From positions 1-45,439 of the forward strand of contig MNVX01000021.1 in assembly GCA_001872185.1 (NCBI GenBank): a DNA stretch of 45,439 nt, in the 5' to 3' direction. The notes under the pieces are model-generated. The model did not search any database. It worked only from the letters and a program-made list of their open reading frames with translations, and was not told where the DNA came from. Numbering within the stretch: position 1 is the first letter of the stretch; the number at the start of each line of letters is the position of its first letter. Shown piece after piece: positions 1-8,251 of the stretch. The position numbers were made by a program, and so were the translations under genes. The stretch comes from Candidatus Pacearchaeota archaeon CG1_02_32_21 (GTDB lineage Archaea; Nanobdellota; Nanobdellia; Pacearchaeales; GW2011-AR1).

Positions 1-2090
1 ATTTTAAGAAAATCATAAATTATCTCAAGTATTTCATAGTCAATAGAACCTTCTTGTAAGCTGTCATCAGATTTTTGTTTTGAGATTTCGACAGCAAATT
101 TCGTTAGCCTATCATAAACTTCTTCTCCGATAACTTTAGCAATTGATAATAGTGGCTTCCACAATTGAAGGTTTCTAGAACGAATTTCAATATTGACATC
201 AAACTCTCTATATTCTTTTTCAACTTTTTTCCAATTTTGCAAGGCAAATATATACAAGTCATTTCTTATTTCTTGCCAGATTGGATTAGATTCATCATTT
301 GTAGGATCCAATTCTCCTCTTGCATCTCCCTTTCTAACACGGGTTGTTATGTGGGTGATTGCTCTGCTTTCGGTTGCTCCAAAAAGACCATTTATGCTAC
401 TTATCATAGTTGGTGAATAACAAGAGTACCATTTTGTTACAAATTTATTTCCTTCTTTTTCCTGTCTGGGAACAGCTCCTTTTTTATAGTAGCCAGCATT
501 GATAAGTTCAGCTCTAGAATCTGCTTCATATTTTCCTGAGTTCTTATTAAAAAAGAATAGTCTTTCAGCTTCATCAAAATACTTAGTAGGTCTTGAATCA
601 TTTGTCTCTCTAAATAAAGAGGATTCGCTAGGATTTATCATAATATCTGTGGCATTAAAAGCAGTAAAACTAGAAACTGTCATCGCTTTTGTTTTTGCAG
701 TTTCCTTAACGCCCCTCATTTCTAACAAAGGGAAAGTAGAAAATAGCGTAAACATATAGGTTCCAATATCCCAAATTGCATGAACATCATAAAATTCCGA
801 GTCTCTAAAATAAAGGTATTTTTCATACTGTCCTTTTATTTTATTAAATAATTCTAATCCTTCAACTGAAGGATATTCCCCCTTCATATATTTTTGAATT
901 GCTTTAAGGGAGAGTCTTAGATTAATTCTAGTTGGAATGTCATGATATTTTATCTTAAATTTCTCCTCTAGCATCGCTTCGTTGCACTCCACTAGTTTTT
1001 CTCCATCTGAACAAAGTAAGACTGGAAGCATAATTTGAGTTTTTCTTATCTGATCATCGTTAGTCATAGTAATTTCTCTTGGAAGGAAAAATCCAAAAGC
1101 AAGGACATTATCATTTAACTTATCTTGAGAAAATACTTTTGGTTTAATTAATAATGAATCATCAAAAATAAATTCTCCCATTGTTCTCTCAGTTCCATCT
1201 TTTTTATGTTCGATGCCTGCGCGTTTCATTAATATTCTAATTGCTTTTTTTCTTTCATGCCCTGAAAGTTTTATAAAAAATCCGATAATGTTGCTACTAA
1301 ATTCACAACCGAAACAATGAGCAAGACCTTTGCCTTCGTCTAAACTTAAGGATGGATTTTTGTCATCATGAAAGGGACAAATATATAATCCATTAGCTCC
1401 CTTAGTTAGTCCAAATTCTGAAGCAATATCTGTGATGTTTATTTTTTTAGCTATTTTATCAGAAAGAGTATTCTTAGTTTTTCTCTTGCTTTGAACTTTT
1501 ATTTTAACCTTATACTTTGGATCATTTATGTTAACTTTACCACCTTCTGATTTTTTAACAAGTTTCTTTATAGTTCCATATTTCCAATGCGGTGCAAAAG
1601 GAACTGGGAACAACTTTCTTTTAGATACAAGCAAACTAATATCAATAAAATCTCTTGACTCTCTCGGAGCATAATAAAATGCAATTGCTTTCTTATGTTC
1701 TGGAGTAGCATCAGAGTTTAAGGGTATGTGGATATGTGGACACTTTCCCTCGTGATCAAAAAGATTATACGCTATTCCTTCTTTTTCTAATTTCTTTTTT
1801 ACTTTTTCTATCCAAGCTAGCCTCTGTTCTTTTGTGCAATGTTTTCTTTTAGACTCATCTGATTCTTTGTCGCTTTCATCATATTCAAAGATAATTAGAT
1901 CATTCGGGATTTGCAACAGGTTTATCCTTTTGTTATATTTCTCATTTGTATAATCTAACAACCATTTTTTCTCTGCTGAAGTGCCCGGATATATCTCATT
2001 GTAAGCAAGACCTTTTCCTGCAAAAGCTGCTAAGTATTCTTTGTGCAGTCTTGCATATTCTGATTGCTGCTCTGGTGTTTCATCGTTCAT
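1..2090 (-). CDS. Replication protein: AEP/prim-pol-like N-domain + DnaG-type CHC2 zinc finger + DUF3631-like C-domain (3' end runs off the window)
   Basis: Open minus-strand frame from ATG 2090 to the window edge (>696 codons; not in the ORF track because no stop is in the window). Motifs read by eye: LIIFEYDES, GKCPHIHIPL, FIDIS..FPVPFAPHWK (AEP-like I-III); CPFHDDKNPSLSL-x8-HCFGC (CHC2); KYFDEAE and LINAGYYKKGAVPR..SPTMISSINGL..ESRAI (DUF3631-like). Confidence 0.75.
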   Translation of the reverse strand, partial: MNDETPEQQSEYARLHKEYLAAFAGKGLAYNEIYPGTSAEKKWLLDYTNEKYNKRINLLQIPNDLIIFEYDESDKESDESKRKHCTKEQRLAWIEKVKKKLEKEGIAYNLFDHEGKCPHIHIPLNSDATPEHKKAIAFYYAPRESRDFIDISLLVSKRKLFPVPFAPHWKYGTIKKLVKKSEGGKVNINDPKYKVKIKVQSKRKTKNTLSDKIAKKINITDIASEFGLTKGANGLYICPFHDDKNPSLSLDEGKGLAHCFGCEFSSNIIGFFIKLSGHERKKAIRILMKRAGIEHKKDGTERTMGEFIFDDSLLIKPKVFSQDKLNDNVLAFGFFLPREITMTNDDQIRKTQIMLPVLLCSDGEKLVECNEAMLEEKFKIKYHDIPTRINLRLSLKAIQKYMKGEYPSVEGLELFNKIKGQYEKYLYFRDSEFYDVHAIWDIGTYMFTLFSTFPLLEMRGVKETAKTKAMTVSSFTAFNATDIMINPSESSLFRETNDSRPTKYFDEAERLFFFNKNSGKYEADSRAELINAGYYKKGAVPRQEKEGNKFVTKWYSCYSPTMISSINGLFGATESRAITHITTRVRKGDARGELDPTNDESNPIWQEIRNDLYIFALQNWKKVEKEYREFDVNIEIRSRNLQLWKPLLSIAKVIGEEVYDRLTKFAVEISKQKSDDSLQEGSIDYEILEIIYDFLK

Positions 2091-2397
2091 TTTCAGACAC
2101 CTCAATCGCATAATACGGGATTATTTTACCCAAAGATCTAAACTCCTCAAATGAGATTTGTCCAGAATTAAGAACGGTGCTTAAGACAGACTCTAATTTT
2201 TTTGAACACTCCTCACAAAAACTAGCCATAAATGCCTCTCCATTTGCCACATTAATAATTCCTACTTGATAAGCAAACTCGCCAATTTTAGATGTGCACA
2301 TGAAACAACCTTCTCTTTCTAATTTTTTTCTTACTCCAGGATCATTTATTAAAGCAAATCTTTTTACCGTACTTGTGCAATATTTTATGCTTTTCAT
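2080..2397 (-). CDS. Small zinc-finger protein (CxxC ... FCEEC, FCS/TRASH-like)
   Basis: 105-aa ORF whose stop overlaps the replication gene start by 11 nt. Cys pattern is CFMC...SFCEEC. Confidence 0.6.
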   Translation of the reverse strand: MKSIKYCTSTVKRFALINDPGVRKKLEREGCFMCTSKIGEFAYQVGIINVANGEAFMASFCEECSKKLESVLSTVLNSGQISFEEFRSLGKIIPYYAIEVSENER

Positions 2398-2524
2398 ACT
2401 AACCGCCCCCTTTTAGCCATATTATTCCCCATAATCTTGGAGATAATGGGCTGCGACCTACGCGACAGGCCCTGAAATATCAACGCTGCTAACATTCTTG
2501 ATTGCTCCTCTATTCCTGTGTATT

Positions 2525-2761
2525 TCATTGTTTTGCTCCCATTATTCTTTCTATTTCTTCAAAGCTCTTCTGTTCATAGTCTCCGCCGTCACGTGGTTCT
2601 TCGGTATAATAGCTTAAATTTTCTTTATTTTTCTTAAGCCATTTTTGGAAACAATGAAATGAGCAAAATTTACGAGTGTACACATCAACCATCTTGCTCA
2701 CTTTGACTTTGAAAAGAACTTCATATACTTCTTTACATACAAAACATCTTCCGTTACTCAT
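2525..2761 (-). CDS. Small zinc-finger protein (CxxC ... FCSFHC, FCS/TRASH-like)
   Basis: 78-aa ORF with Cys pattern CFVC...KFCSFHCFQKW. GGAGG lies upstream of the ATG. Confidence 0.6.
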   Translation of the reverse strand: MSNGRCFVCKEVYEVLFKVKVSKMVDVYTRKFCSFHCFQKWLKKNKENLSYYTEEPRDGGDYEQKSFEEIERIMGAKQ

Positions 2762-2778
2762 TTTTTTACCTCCATGAT

Positions 2779-2997
2779 TTAATTTAATACCTCTTGAGAT
2801 TTTTTAATTAAAGAGTTTGTTTTTCTATCTCCGAAATGACAAAATGAAAAACCAATTACCCACGTAACTAAACATTCGGCAGAGCAATAGTATCTAAAAT
2901 CTCTACTTTCATCAAGTCCAAAATCTAATGCTGCAATTGATTGGTTTTCAGATTGGTTTTCATTATTCAACTCACATCTACAATATTCACACTTCAT
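2779..2997 (-). CDS. Small zinc-finger protein (CxxC ... YYCSAEC, FCS/TRASH-like)
   Basis: The track ORF is 2779-3045. The internal ATG at 2997 is preceded by GGAGGTGA and is taken as the start. Cys pattern is CEYCRC...YYCSAEC. Confidence 0.55.
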   Translation of the reverse strand: MKCEYCRCELNNENQSENQSIAALDFGLDESRDFRYYCSAECLVTWVIGFSFCHFGDRKTNSLIKKSQEVLN

Positions 2998-3277
2998 TTT
3001 TCTTTTCACCTCCCTTTTCAATTTTTTTAATGTCTTTGAGTGCAATAGTACCTCTTCTAACGTGGCCTAACCTTTCTTGTTCTGCCATATAATCCTCCCA
3101 GTCAAGAGATTTTAGGCCAGTCTTAGCATAATCCCATAAGATGTCACAAATTGCTTCTTTGTATCCAGCAAGGTACATAACTGGAGCTATTCCAGATTTA
3201 GTTTGAATCTCTCTAACTAACCTGTCAACTGCAATATTAATTAAACGATTATCAATCTCTTTTTGCATTCCCATCAC
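2987..3277 (-). CDS. Hypothetical protein (mobile-element operon)
   Basis: 96-aa ORF whose track start is GTG; ATGs at 3274 and 3268 follow a GAGGTGA. No recognisable motif. Confidence 0.5.
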   Translation of the reverse strand: MMGMQKEIDNRLINIAVDRLVREIQTKSGIAPVMYLAGYKEAICDILWDYAKTGLKSLDWEDYMAEQERLGHVRRGTIALKDIKKIEKGGEKKNEV

Positions 3278-3401
3278 CTCTGTTTCTAATATCTATTTTG
3301 TCTGGTTTTATGATCTGCTGGATTTCTATGATACGTGCAATAACTCTGTCTATAACTTCACCAAAATTATCACTAGAATGATTGATATTTATGGTGCTCA
3401 T
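3252..3401 (-). CDS. Hypothetical 49-aa protein
   Basis: Manual translation MSTININHSSDNFGEVIDRVIARIIEIQQIIKPDKIDIRNRGDGNAKRD. Its ATG makes an ATGA overlap with the upstream gene's stop, and GGTGA lies upstream. It is below the ORF-track size cut-off. Confidence 0.4.
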   Translation of the reverse strand: MSTININHSSDNFGEVIDRVIARIIEIQQIIKPDKIDIRNRGDGNAKRD

Positions 3402-3535
3402 CTTTTCACCTTCTTCTTTAAATAGTAATCATGGCGCTTGCAAAAAGGACATTCTCGGGGAAGACCTCTTGTTCTTGGTATCCAGACATACCTACAAAGC
3501 CTGCATCGTATCTTATTTCCTAATTTTGTTTTCAT
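3398..3535 (-). CDS. Small zinc-ribbon protein, first gene of the element operon
   Basis: Manual translation MKTKLGNKIRCRLCRYVWIPRTRGLPRECPFCKRHDYYLKKKVKR. The CxxC-x3-W-x-PR-x7-CPxCK pattern matches the paralog at 22903-23109. Confidence 0.55.
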   Translation of the reverse strand: MKTKLGNKIRCRLCRYVWIPRTRGLPRECPFCKRHDYYLKKKVKR

Positions 3536-3545
3536 TGTATTAATT

Positions 3546-3622
3546 GACTTGCACTAAGCCATCCGTAAAAAGGAGGCACGGCAAAAGACTGAATTCTTTT
3601 GAATATGACTTGTGCAAGCCAT
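3546..3622. repeat. Two imperfect direct repeats GACTTG(C/TG)AC..AAGCCAT in a divergent intergenic region
   Basis: GACTTGCACTAAGCCAT at 3546-3562 and GACTTGTGCAAGCCAT at 3607-3622, between the minus-strand operon and the 3684 gene. Confidence 0.5.
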
Positions 3623-3683
3623 AGTATTAATAGTAACATTTATATAATTTAAACAGTACTATTCTAAATAGTTAATTCGTAAA

Positions 3684-4574
3684 ATGCTAAAGAAACAAGG
3701 TTTAGAATATATAAGAAAAGGTAAGGGGGTAGAAATAGCCAGGCATTTCTTTAGAGAATATACGACTGCTTCTAAGATAAGTAAAAATGTTTATTCAAAG
3801 ACTGTTGAAATATACAAACGAAAAACGAAAAAATCTAGCTGGTCTATGCCCCTAGTTAACGAATTTTCTATTAAATGGAGAAAGTTGGGATATTTTTCCA
3901 CAGCAATCTTTCCTCAAGAATATAGGAGATATGGCAAAACACATTATGAAACACGCCTCCATTACATGTTGAATCTTTATCCGTTGTTTGATTTTTATAA
4001 GGAGGAAATTAATTCGGAGGGGTTTACAGAAAGTGAAAAGAGTATTTTAACATGGATATTTTATCCGATTAATACAAGAAGGGAGATACTAGATTTATAC
4101 TCAAAAGATATAGATATTATTACAGCGATTATGAAGTTTTATATGGGTGTTCTTTTTATTCCTTCGCTATCAGCAAAAAGAAGGATTATCCTTAGAAGAT
4201 ATAAAAATAGATTCCCTTCAAGAAAATTCTTTCAATTTTTAGCTACTAAAATAGTTCAAAGAGGGGATACAAAAAAACTAAATGTTAAGCAATACAAAAC
4301 AATAAACAACGCTGAAGCATTAAAGGTCAAAGAAAAAGAAAATAGTTTTGAGTACTATTTAAGTAAAAATCATAAATTTATTGAATTATATGAATCTTCC
4401 TCGCGGGCGATTTACACAAAGAAAAATAATACAACTGAATTAGTCGCACCACACAGAAAATTTGATTCTTTTTACTTAGCACATTACTTATACTTACATG
4501 AGTGTTTACCAAAAATAATGAAAGAATTAGATAAGAAAATGCTTCAAGCATTAGGAATTTATTTTGAATATTAA
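3684..4574 (+). CDS. Hypothetical basic protein (element-encoded)
   Basis: 296-aa ORF with no recognisable motif, convergent with the integrase (4-nt overlap of the 3' ends). Confidence 0.6.
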   Translation: MLKKQGLEYIRKGKGVEIARHFFREYTTASKISKNVYSKTVEIYKRKTKKSSWSMPLVNEFSIKWRKLGYFSTAIFPQEYRRYGKTHYETRLHYMLNLYPLFDFYKEEINSEGFTESEKSILTWIFYPINTRREILDLYSKDIDIITAIMKFYMGVLFIPSLSAKRRIILRRYKNRFPSRKFFQFLATKIVQRGDTKKLNVKQYKTINNAEALKVKEKENSFEYYLSKNHKFIELYESSSRAIYTKKNNTTELVAPHRKFDSFYLAHYLYLHECLPKIMKELDKKMLQALGIYFEY

Positions 4575-5707
4575 TTTCTACTCTGTTTAATTAATAATAA
4601 TTCCTTCCTTAAATTTTCTAATTCACCAGCTACAAGGTTAAGTTTATCAGTTGCCATTTGTCTTTCATATTTTTCTTTAGATAAATCTGCTTTCATTTCA
4701 GATAAGTCTGTGTTTAAAACTTTAGCATCTACATCTTCTAAAATAATTCCTTTCCTTGCGATATAGACGTCGGGCATCGGGCTACTAAAATTCCACCCAA
4801 AATAAAAACACATTTGGTTTCTATTAAGTCTATTACTTATCCATGTTGCACAAGATGATCTAAATAAGTGAAAATGAATATCCCGGTCGAGAATTTGTTT
4901 TCCCAATCTTGCTAACTTTTTTCTAGCGGTTGATGAACCCTTTACAAAAACAGCCTCTTCTGGTTTAATACCTTGTTTAATTCTTTCGTCTAAGAATTCT
5001 TTAACTGCATCTAATGCGTTTTTGTAATACAAAGAAATTGTTCTTCCTTTTGTTTTTGAGAATTCTTCTCTTAAAGTTAATTTGACAAAATTTTCATCTC
5101 CTTTTGGTAATTGTATATCAGACCTACGGATGTTATAAAATTCTCCTCTTCTTGCACCAGAAGAAAATAATACTGCGATCAAAAAACGCTCTTCTGCATT
5201 TTTACAACCTTGATAAAGTGCATCTACTTCTTCCTCTGTCAAAAACTTTGGAGTTCTTTGTTTCTGTCTTGTTCTGACTTTTAAATTTTTTACAAACTTA
5301 AGCGCTTTCAAATCATCTCCTAATCTCCATCCAATATATTGGGATAATATTCTTCTAATCTGAACTTTAATTCCTTCAGATAGGGGAGTTCCAATAACTT
5401 TTCCATTAGGTGCTTTTCTTTCTGACTTAAGTTTATCTTTTAACAAAGCCATAGATAAATTATCAATATCTTTTTCTGTAAGTTGTTCTGAGGGTTTATT
5501 AAGAAATTCTAATCCTCTTTTTAGATAATAAGTATAAGGTTCTAAACTCCCCCTTTCAGCAACTCGATTGGTAATCTTTCCAAGTTCATAATCTCTAAAA
5601 AAATCTTTTACAAATTTCTTCTCTTTTTGAGGGATTTTCCACTTCTCTACCCTCAATAAAAGTTGTTCGTAAATTTCCTTTCTTAATCTAATCCTCTTTT
5701 CTACCAT
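4571..5707 (-). CDS. Tyrosine recombinase / integrase
   Basis: Motifs SGARRGEF (box I Arg), HFHLFRSSCATW (H-x-x-R) and a C-terminal W..DVYIARKG (Tyr); coiled-coil tail. TTTAAATA lies 21 nt upstream of the ATG. Confidence 0.85.
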   Translation of the reverse strand: MVEKRIRLRKEIYEQLLLRVEKWKIPQKEKKFVKDFFRDYELGKITNRVAERGSLEPYTYYLKRGLEFLNKPSEQLTEKDIDNLSMALLKDKLKSERKAPNGKVIGTPLSEGIKVQIRRILSQYIGWRLGDDLKALKFVKNLKVRTRQKQRTPKFLTEEEVDALYQGCKNAEERFLIAVLFSSGARRGEFYNIRRSDIQLPKGDENFVKLTLREEFSKTKGRTISLYYKNALDAVKEFLDERIKQGIKPEEAVFVKGSSTARKKLARLGKQILDRDIHFHLFRSSCATWISNRLNRNQMCFYFGWNFSSPMPDVYIARKGIILEDVDAKVLNTDLSEMKADLSKEKYERQMATDKLNLVAGELENLRKELLLIKQSRN

Positions 5708-5742
5708 AAAGCGATTTAAACTTTAAACTATTTAAACTTTAT

Positions 5743-5768
5743 TATAGTGTCCTAAAAGGGACACTATA
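5743..5768. repeat. Perfect 10-bp-stem palindrome TATAGTGTCC-TAAAAG-GGACACTATA
   Basis: Read directly; it lies 36 nt upstream of the integrase start codon. Confidence 0.8.
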
Positions 5769-5824
5769 TTATTGTAATAGTGGAAATGGTAAACCTGCAA
5801 AAAAATTTAATTCAGAAAACAATA

Positions 5825-5855
5825 ATGTGCCCCTTTTAGGGCATTAAATTTATAA
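5825..5855 (+). repeat. Direct repeat copy A (ATGTGCCCCTTTTAGGGCATTAAATTTATAA), candidate att site
   Basis: Aligns with 7007-7036 (ATG-CCCC...GGGC-TTAAATTTATAA). A weaker related unit follows at 5857-5880. Confidence 0.5.
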
Positions 5856-5925
5856 ATTGTGCCCACAAAATGGGGCATAATTTTTTCTTCGATAGGTTTT
5901 TAAGTAAATTCTTCTTGGATAATAA

Positions 5926-6954
5926 ATGAGGAGTGGGTATATTCAATTTATTCTTATTTTTATATTTCTGTTTCTGACAATGAGTTTTAATGTGTTAGCA
6001 CAAAATCCCACAATTCTTGAATCTCAAACTGCCCCTGAGATAATTCCATTATATAATACTAGTTGCCCAGTTAATGATTATATTTATGGAGATGGTGGAA
6101 GAGAAACATTTGATGTAATTTATTCTTTTGATAAATGTTATCAAGATTTTCTAAATAAAGGTTGGGACGAGTCTATTTGTGGCAAATTTTCTGAAGAAGA
6201 ACAAACATGGTCGACTATTTTAGATTTTAAAACCGATGCTTGTTTTTTAGGATTCGCGATTGCTAAGGAAGATTATAGGATATGTGATGGAATAAAAGAT
6301 GAAACAAACTATCAGAATGTCTATATTGATTTACCTACCTGTTACACTTATACGGCAGTAGTATCAAGAGATTTAACTTCTTGTAAATTACTTAATGGAG
6401 AAAATAAAGAAGATTGTTTTAAGTTCTTTGGACCTTCACTTAATTCGAATTGGGTTTTATGGTTTTTACCTAAAGTTATTTTATACGCTTTAATTTCCTT
6501 GTTCATATTTGTCATTGGCTCTATTTTTGTAAAGTCAGAATATAGAAAGAGATTAATTTCCATTTCTATTATCACGACAATACTACAATTTTTATTAGTT
6601 CTAATCTTCTTTTTGAATGGGAAATTTACAACTGATGCATTAAGTTTTGTAATTATTGCTCCGTTTACTTCTTTGTTTTTATCTGCCTTCATTGTTCAAG
6701 GATATAATTTTTTAACTAAAATAGCAAATAAAAATTGGATTTTCTTAGTATTTAGCATTCTAGTTGGTTTTATACATGGATTTTTGACAATTTTTATAAC
6801 GTCATTTATGGTTTATTCTAAATATGGAATTGGTCTAGAGATAATTGGAATCTTTGTTTATTCTTTAGTTATGGGGGGAATCTTAGCAGTTGGATATTTG
6901 CTTCTTTATCTGTTTTTAATATCTAAAGTAGTCTTAAATGAAACAAACAAATAA
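5926..6954 (+). CDS. Membrane protein with signal peptide, Cys-rich ectodomain and multi-pass C-terminal half
   Basis: 342-aa ORF with a hydrophobic N-terminus ending ..NVLAQ, about 10 Cys in the first 170 aa, then 5-6 hydrophobic segments. Confidence 0.65.
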   Translation: MRSGYIQFILIFIFLFLTMSFNVLAQNPTILESQTAPEIIPLYNTSCPVNDYIYGDGGRETFDVIYSFDKCYQDFLNKGWDESICGKFSEEEQTWSTILDFKTDACFLGFAIAKEDYRICDGIKDETNYQNVYIDLPTCYTYTAVVSRDLTSCKLLNGENKEDCFKFFGPSLNSNWVLWFLPKVILYALISLFIFVIGSIFVKSEYRKRLISISIITTILQFLLVLIFFLNGKFTTDALSFVIIAPFTSLFLSAFIVQGYNFLTKIANKNWIFLVFSILVGFIHGFLTIFITSFMVYSKYGIGLEIIGIFVYSLVMGGILAVGYLLLYLFLISKVVLNETNK

Positions 6955-7006
6955 TTTCCACTAATTTCTCATATTGTGCTCCCATTTAGAAACCATCAAA
7001 TAAATT

Positions 7007-7036
7007 ATGCCCCAGAAACTGGGCTTAAATTTATAA
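7007..7036 (+). repeat. Direct repeat copy B (ATGCCCCAGAAACTGGGCTTAAATTTATAA)
   Basis: Matches copy A at 5825-5855 and contains the hairpin GCCCAG-AAA-CTGGGC. Confidence 0.5.
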
Positions 7037-7061
7037 TAGAGTATTATTTTTGAGTACCTTA

Positions 7062-7682
7062 TTAATGACTGGTCAAATGAATGTCTTCTTTTATCATTTT
7101 CACAATTTCTGGGAATTTAGATATCTTAAAATGGCCATTCTTACTTTTGTATATTATAACTTTTGCACTTCTTAGTTTAGTTTTATATTTCTCGGCATGG
7201 GATATTGGAACAGTACCATCATCTTTTGAAAATAACAAACTAACTTTTTTACAGTTCTTATCGATCATTGATAGGTCTGACTTAAGTTTAAATCCTCCAA
7301 CTAAATCTTCTCCTTCAATCGTGTTGTCAAATGGAGGACAAATTAAATAAATTGATTTTATCTTTTTAGGAAATTTATTTTCTGACAAGTATTTTGCAAG
7401 AAAAATTCCTCCTAGTGATAAACCAATCAGTATAATGTTTCTTCTAAAATAAGGTAAATATCTTTCAAAATGAATTCTCCACTCATCATACTTTGCATTT
7501 TCTTTTAAAGGCATACTTAATCTAATAATCTCAAAATGTTCTCCTAGATTTTTATCTAAATATAATTCATTCCACCTTATTTTCTTCTCAATAGATATCT
7601 TTCTGCTCTTTAGAAAATCTAAATAATCTCTTTTATTTTTAAAAGTAGTTCCTCCATTGATTAATACTATTTGGGTTTTCAT
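7062..7682 (-). CDS. Alpha/beta-fold serine hydrolase (YdeN/RBBP9-like)
   Basis: 206-aa ORF with a nucleophile elbow GLSLGG and a late D/H (..DDGTVP.., ..NGHF..). AATTTAAA lies 21 nt upstream. Confidence 0.65.
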   Translation of the reverse strand: MKTQIVLINGGTTFKNKRDYLDFLKSRKISIEKKIRWNELYLDKNLGEHFEIIRLSMPLKENAKYDEWRIHFERYLPYFRRNIILIGLSLGGIFLAKYLSENKFPKKIKSIYLICPPFDNTIEGEDLVGGFKLKSDLSMIDKNCKKVSLLFSKDDGTVPISHAEKYKTKLRSAKVIIYKSKNGHFKISKFPEIVKMIKEDIHLTSH

Positions 7683-7781
7683 ACTACTTTATGGAGATTC
7701 TAATTTAAATTTCTATCTCTTTTTAAATAAGACTTTCACTTTGAAACTATTATTTAACTAAATTGACATAACTAAATAAAA

Positions 7782-8192
7782 CTAGTAAGCCTCAAACTTA
7801 CGGCTGTCTTGAGGCGCATTCTGCTGGCCTTGAGAAGGTTGTTGTGAGCCAGGAATATGTATTTGAGCAAAAGCAGGAGTTGCAATTACAATATTTTCTC
7901 CAAATCCAGTAATATTTCCTTCAAGAGCTTCTGTTGTTTTCTTTATTTTAGATATAGCTCTTTTAAGCTCTATTACATCTTTTTTCCTAAGAGTCTGAAT
8001 GTCTATTACAGCAATAGTGTATCCTTCTCTTAGAGAAGCTAGTATATCATTAACATCTTCAAATTTCTTTAGAACAAAAGGTCTAACACTTACTTTTGAC
8101 TCTTTTTTGTCTTGTCCCAAATCGATCTCAACATAGTCTCCAGCACCTTGAGAACCGAGGGCAAAACTCTTTTTTAATTTATCAAACACCAT
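7782..8192 (-). CDS. sepF: Cell-division protein SepF (DUF552)
   Basis: The core RPFVLKKFEDVNDILASLREGYTIAVIDI..L.. is typical of SepF. The start is set at ATG 8192, exactly 21 nt from TTTATAAA (8214-8221); the track start at 8240 is probably too far upstream. Confidence 0.75.
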   Translation of the reverse strand: MVFDKLKKSFALGSQGAGDYVEIDLGQDKKESKVSVRPFVLKKFEDVNDILASLREGYTIAVIDIQTLRKKDVIELKRAISKIKKTTEALEGNITGFGENIVIATPAFAQIHIPGSQQPSQGQQNAPQDSRKFEAY

Positions 8193-8251
8193 GCATTGAA
8201 TAAAATGGCCTAGTTTATAAAGATTTCTGTAGTGATACAATTACTTTGCAG

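Larger units (their letters stand above)
1..5855. mobile_element. Integrated plasmid/virus-like element, right-hand part (left end lies outside the window)
   Basis: Contiguous block: replication/primase gene, seven small overlapping genes, an orphan gene and a tyrosine integrase at the right edge. Repeat and palindrome structures follow at 5743-5855. The right boundary is inferred, not proven. Confidence 0.6.

Noticed and set aside
165-759. Three plus-strand track ORFs (165-416, 193-420, 499-759)
   Set aside because: They lie antisense to, or in alternative frames over, the long uninterrupted minus-strand replication-protein frame (1-2090). Their sequences are low-complexity and show no expression signals.
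2398-2524. Locally GC-richer spacer containing GGGCTGCGACCTACGCGACAGGCCC and a possible 33-aa ORF. Considered as an ncRNA, or as a relative of the transposon IR core (GTCGCA).
   Set aside because: It forms only a short imperfect hairpin. The similarity to the IR is a 6-7-mer, which is easily chance. The mini-ORF has no supporting signal beyond an ATGA overlap. Left unannotated.
6348-6692. 114-aa minus-strand ORF
   Set aside because: It is entirely antisense to the membrane-protein gene 5926-6954 and has no promoter geometry.
7081-7350. 89-aa plus-strand ORF
   Set aside because: It is antisense to the alpha/beta hydrolase gene, which has the recognisable GxSxG motif.
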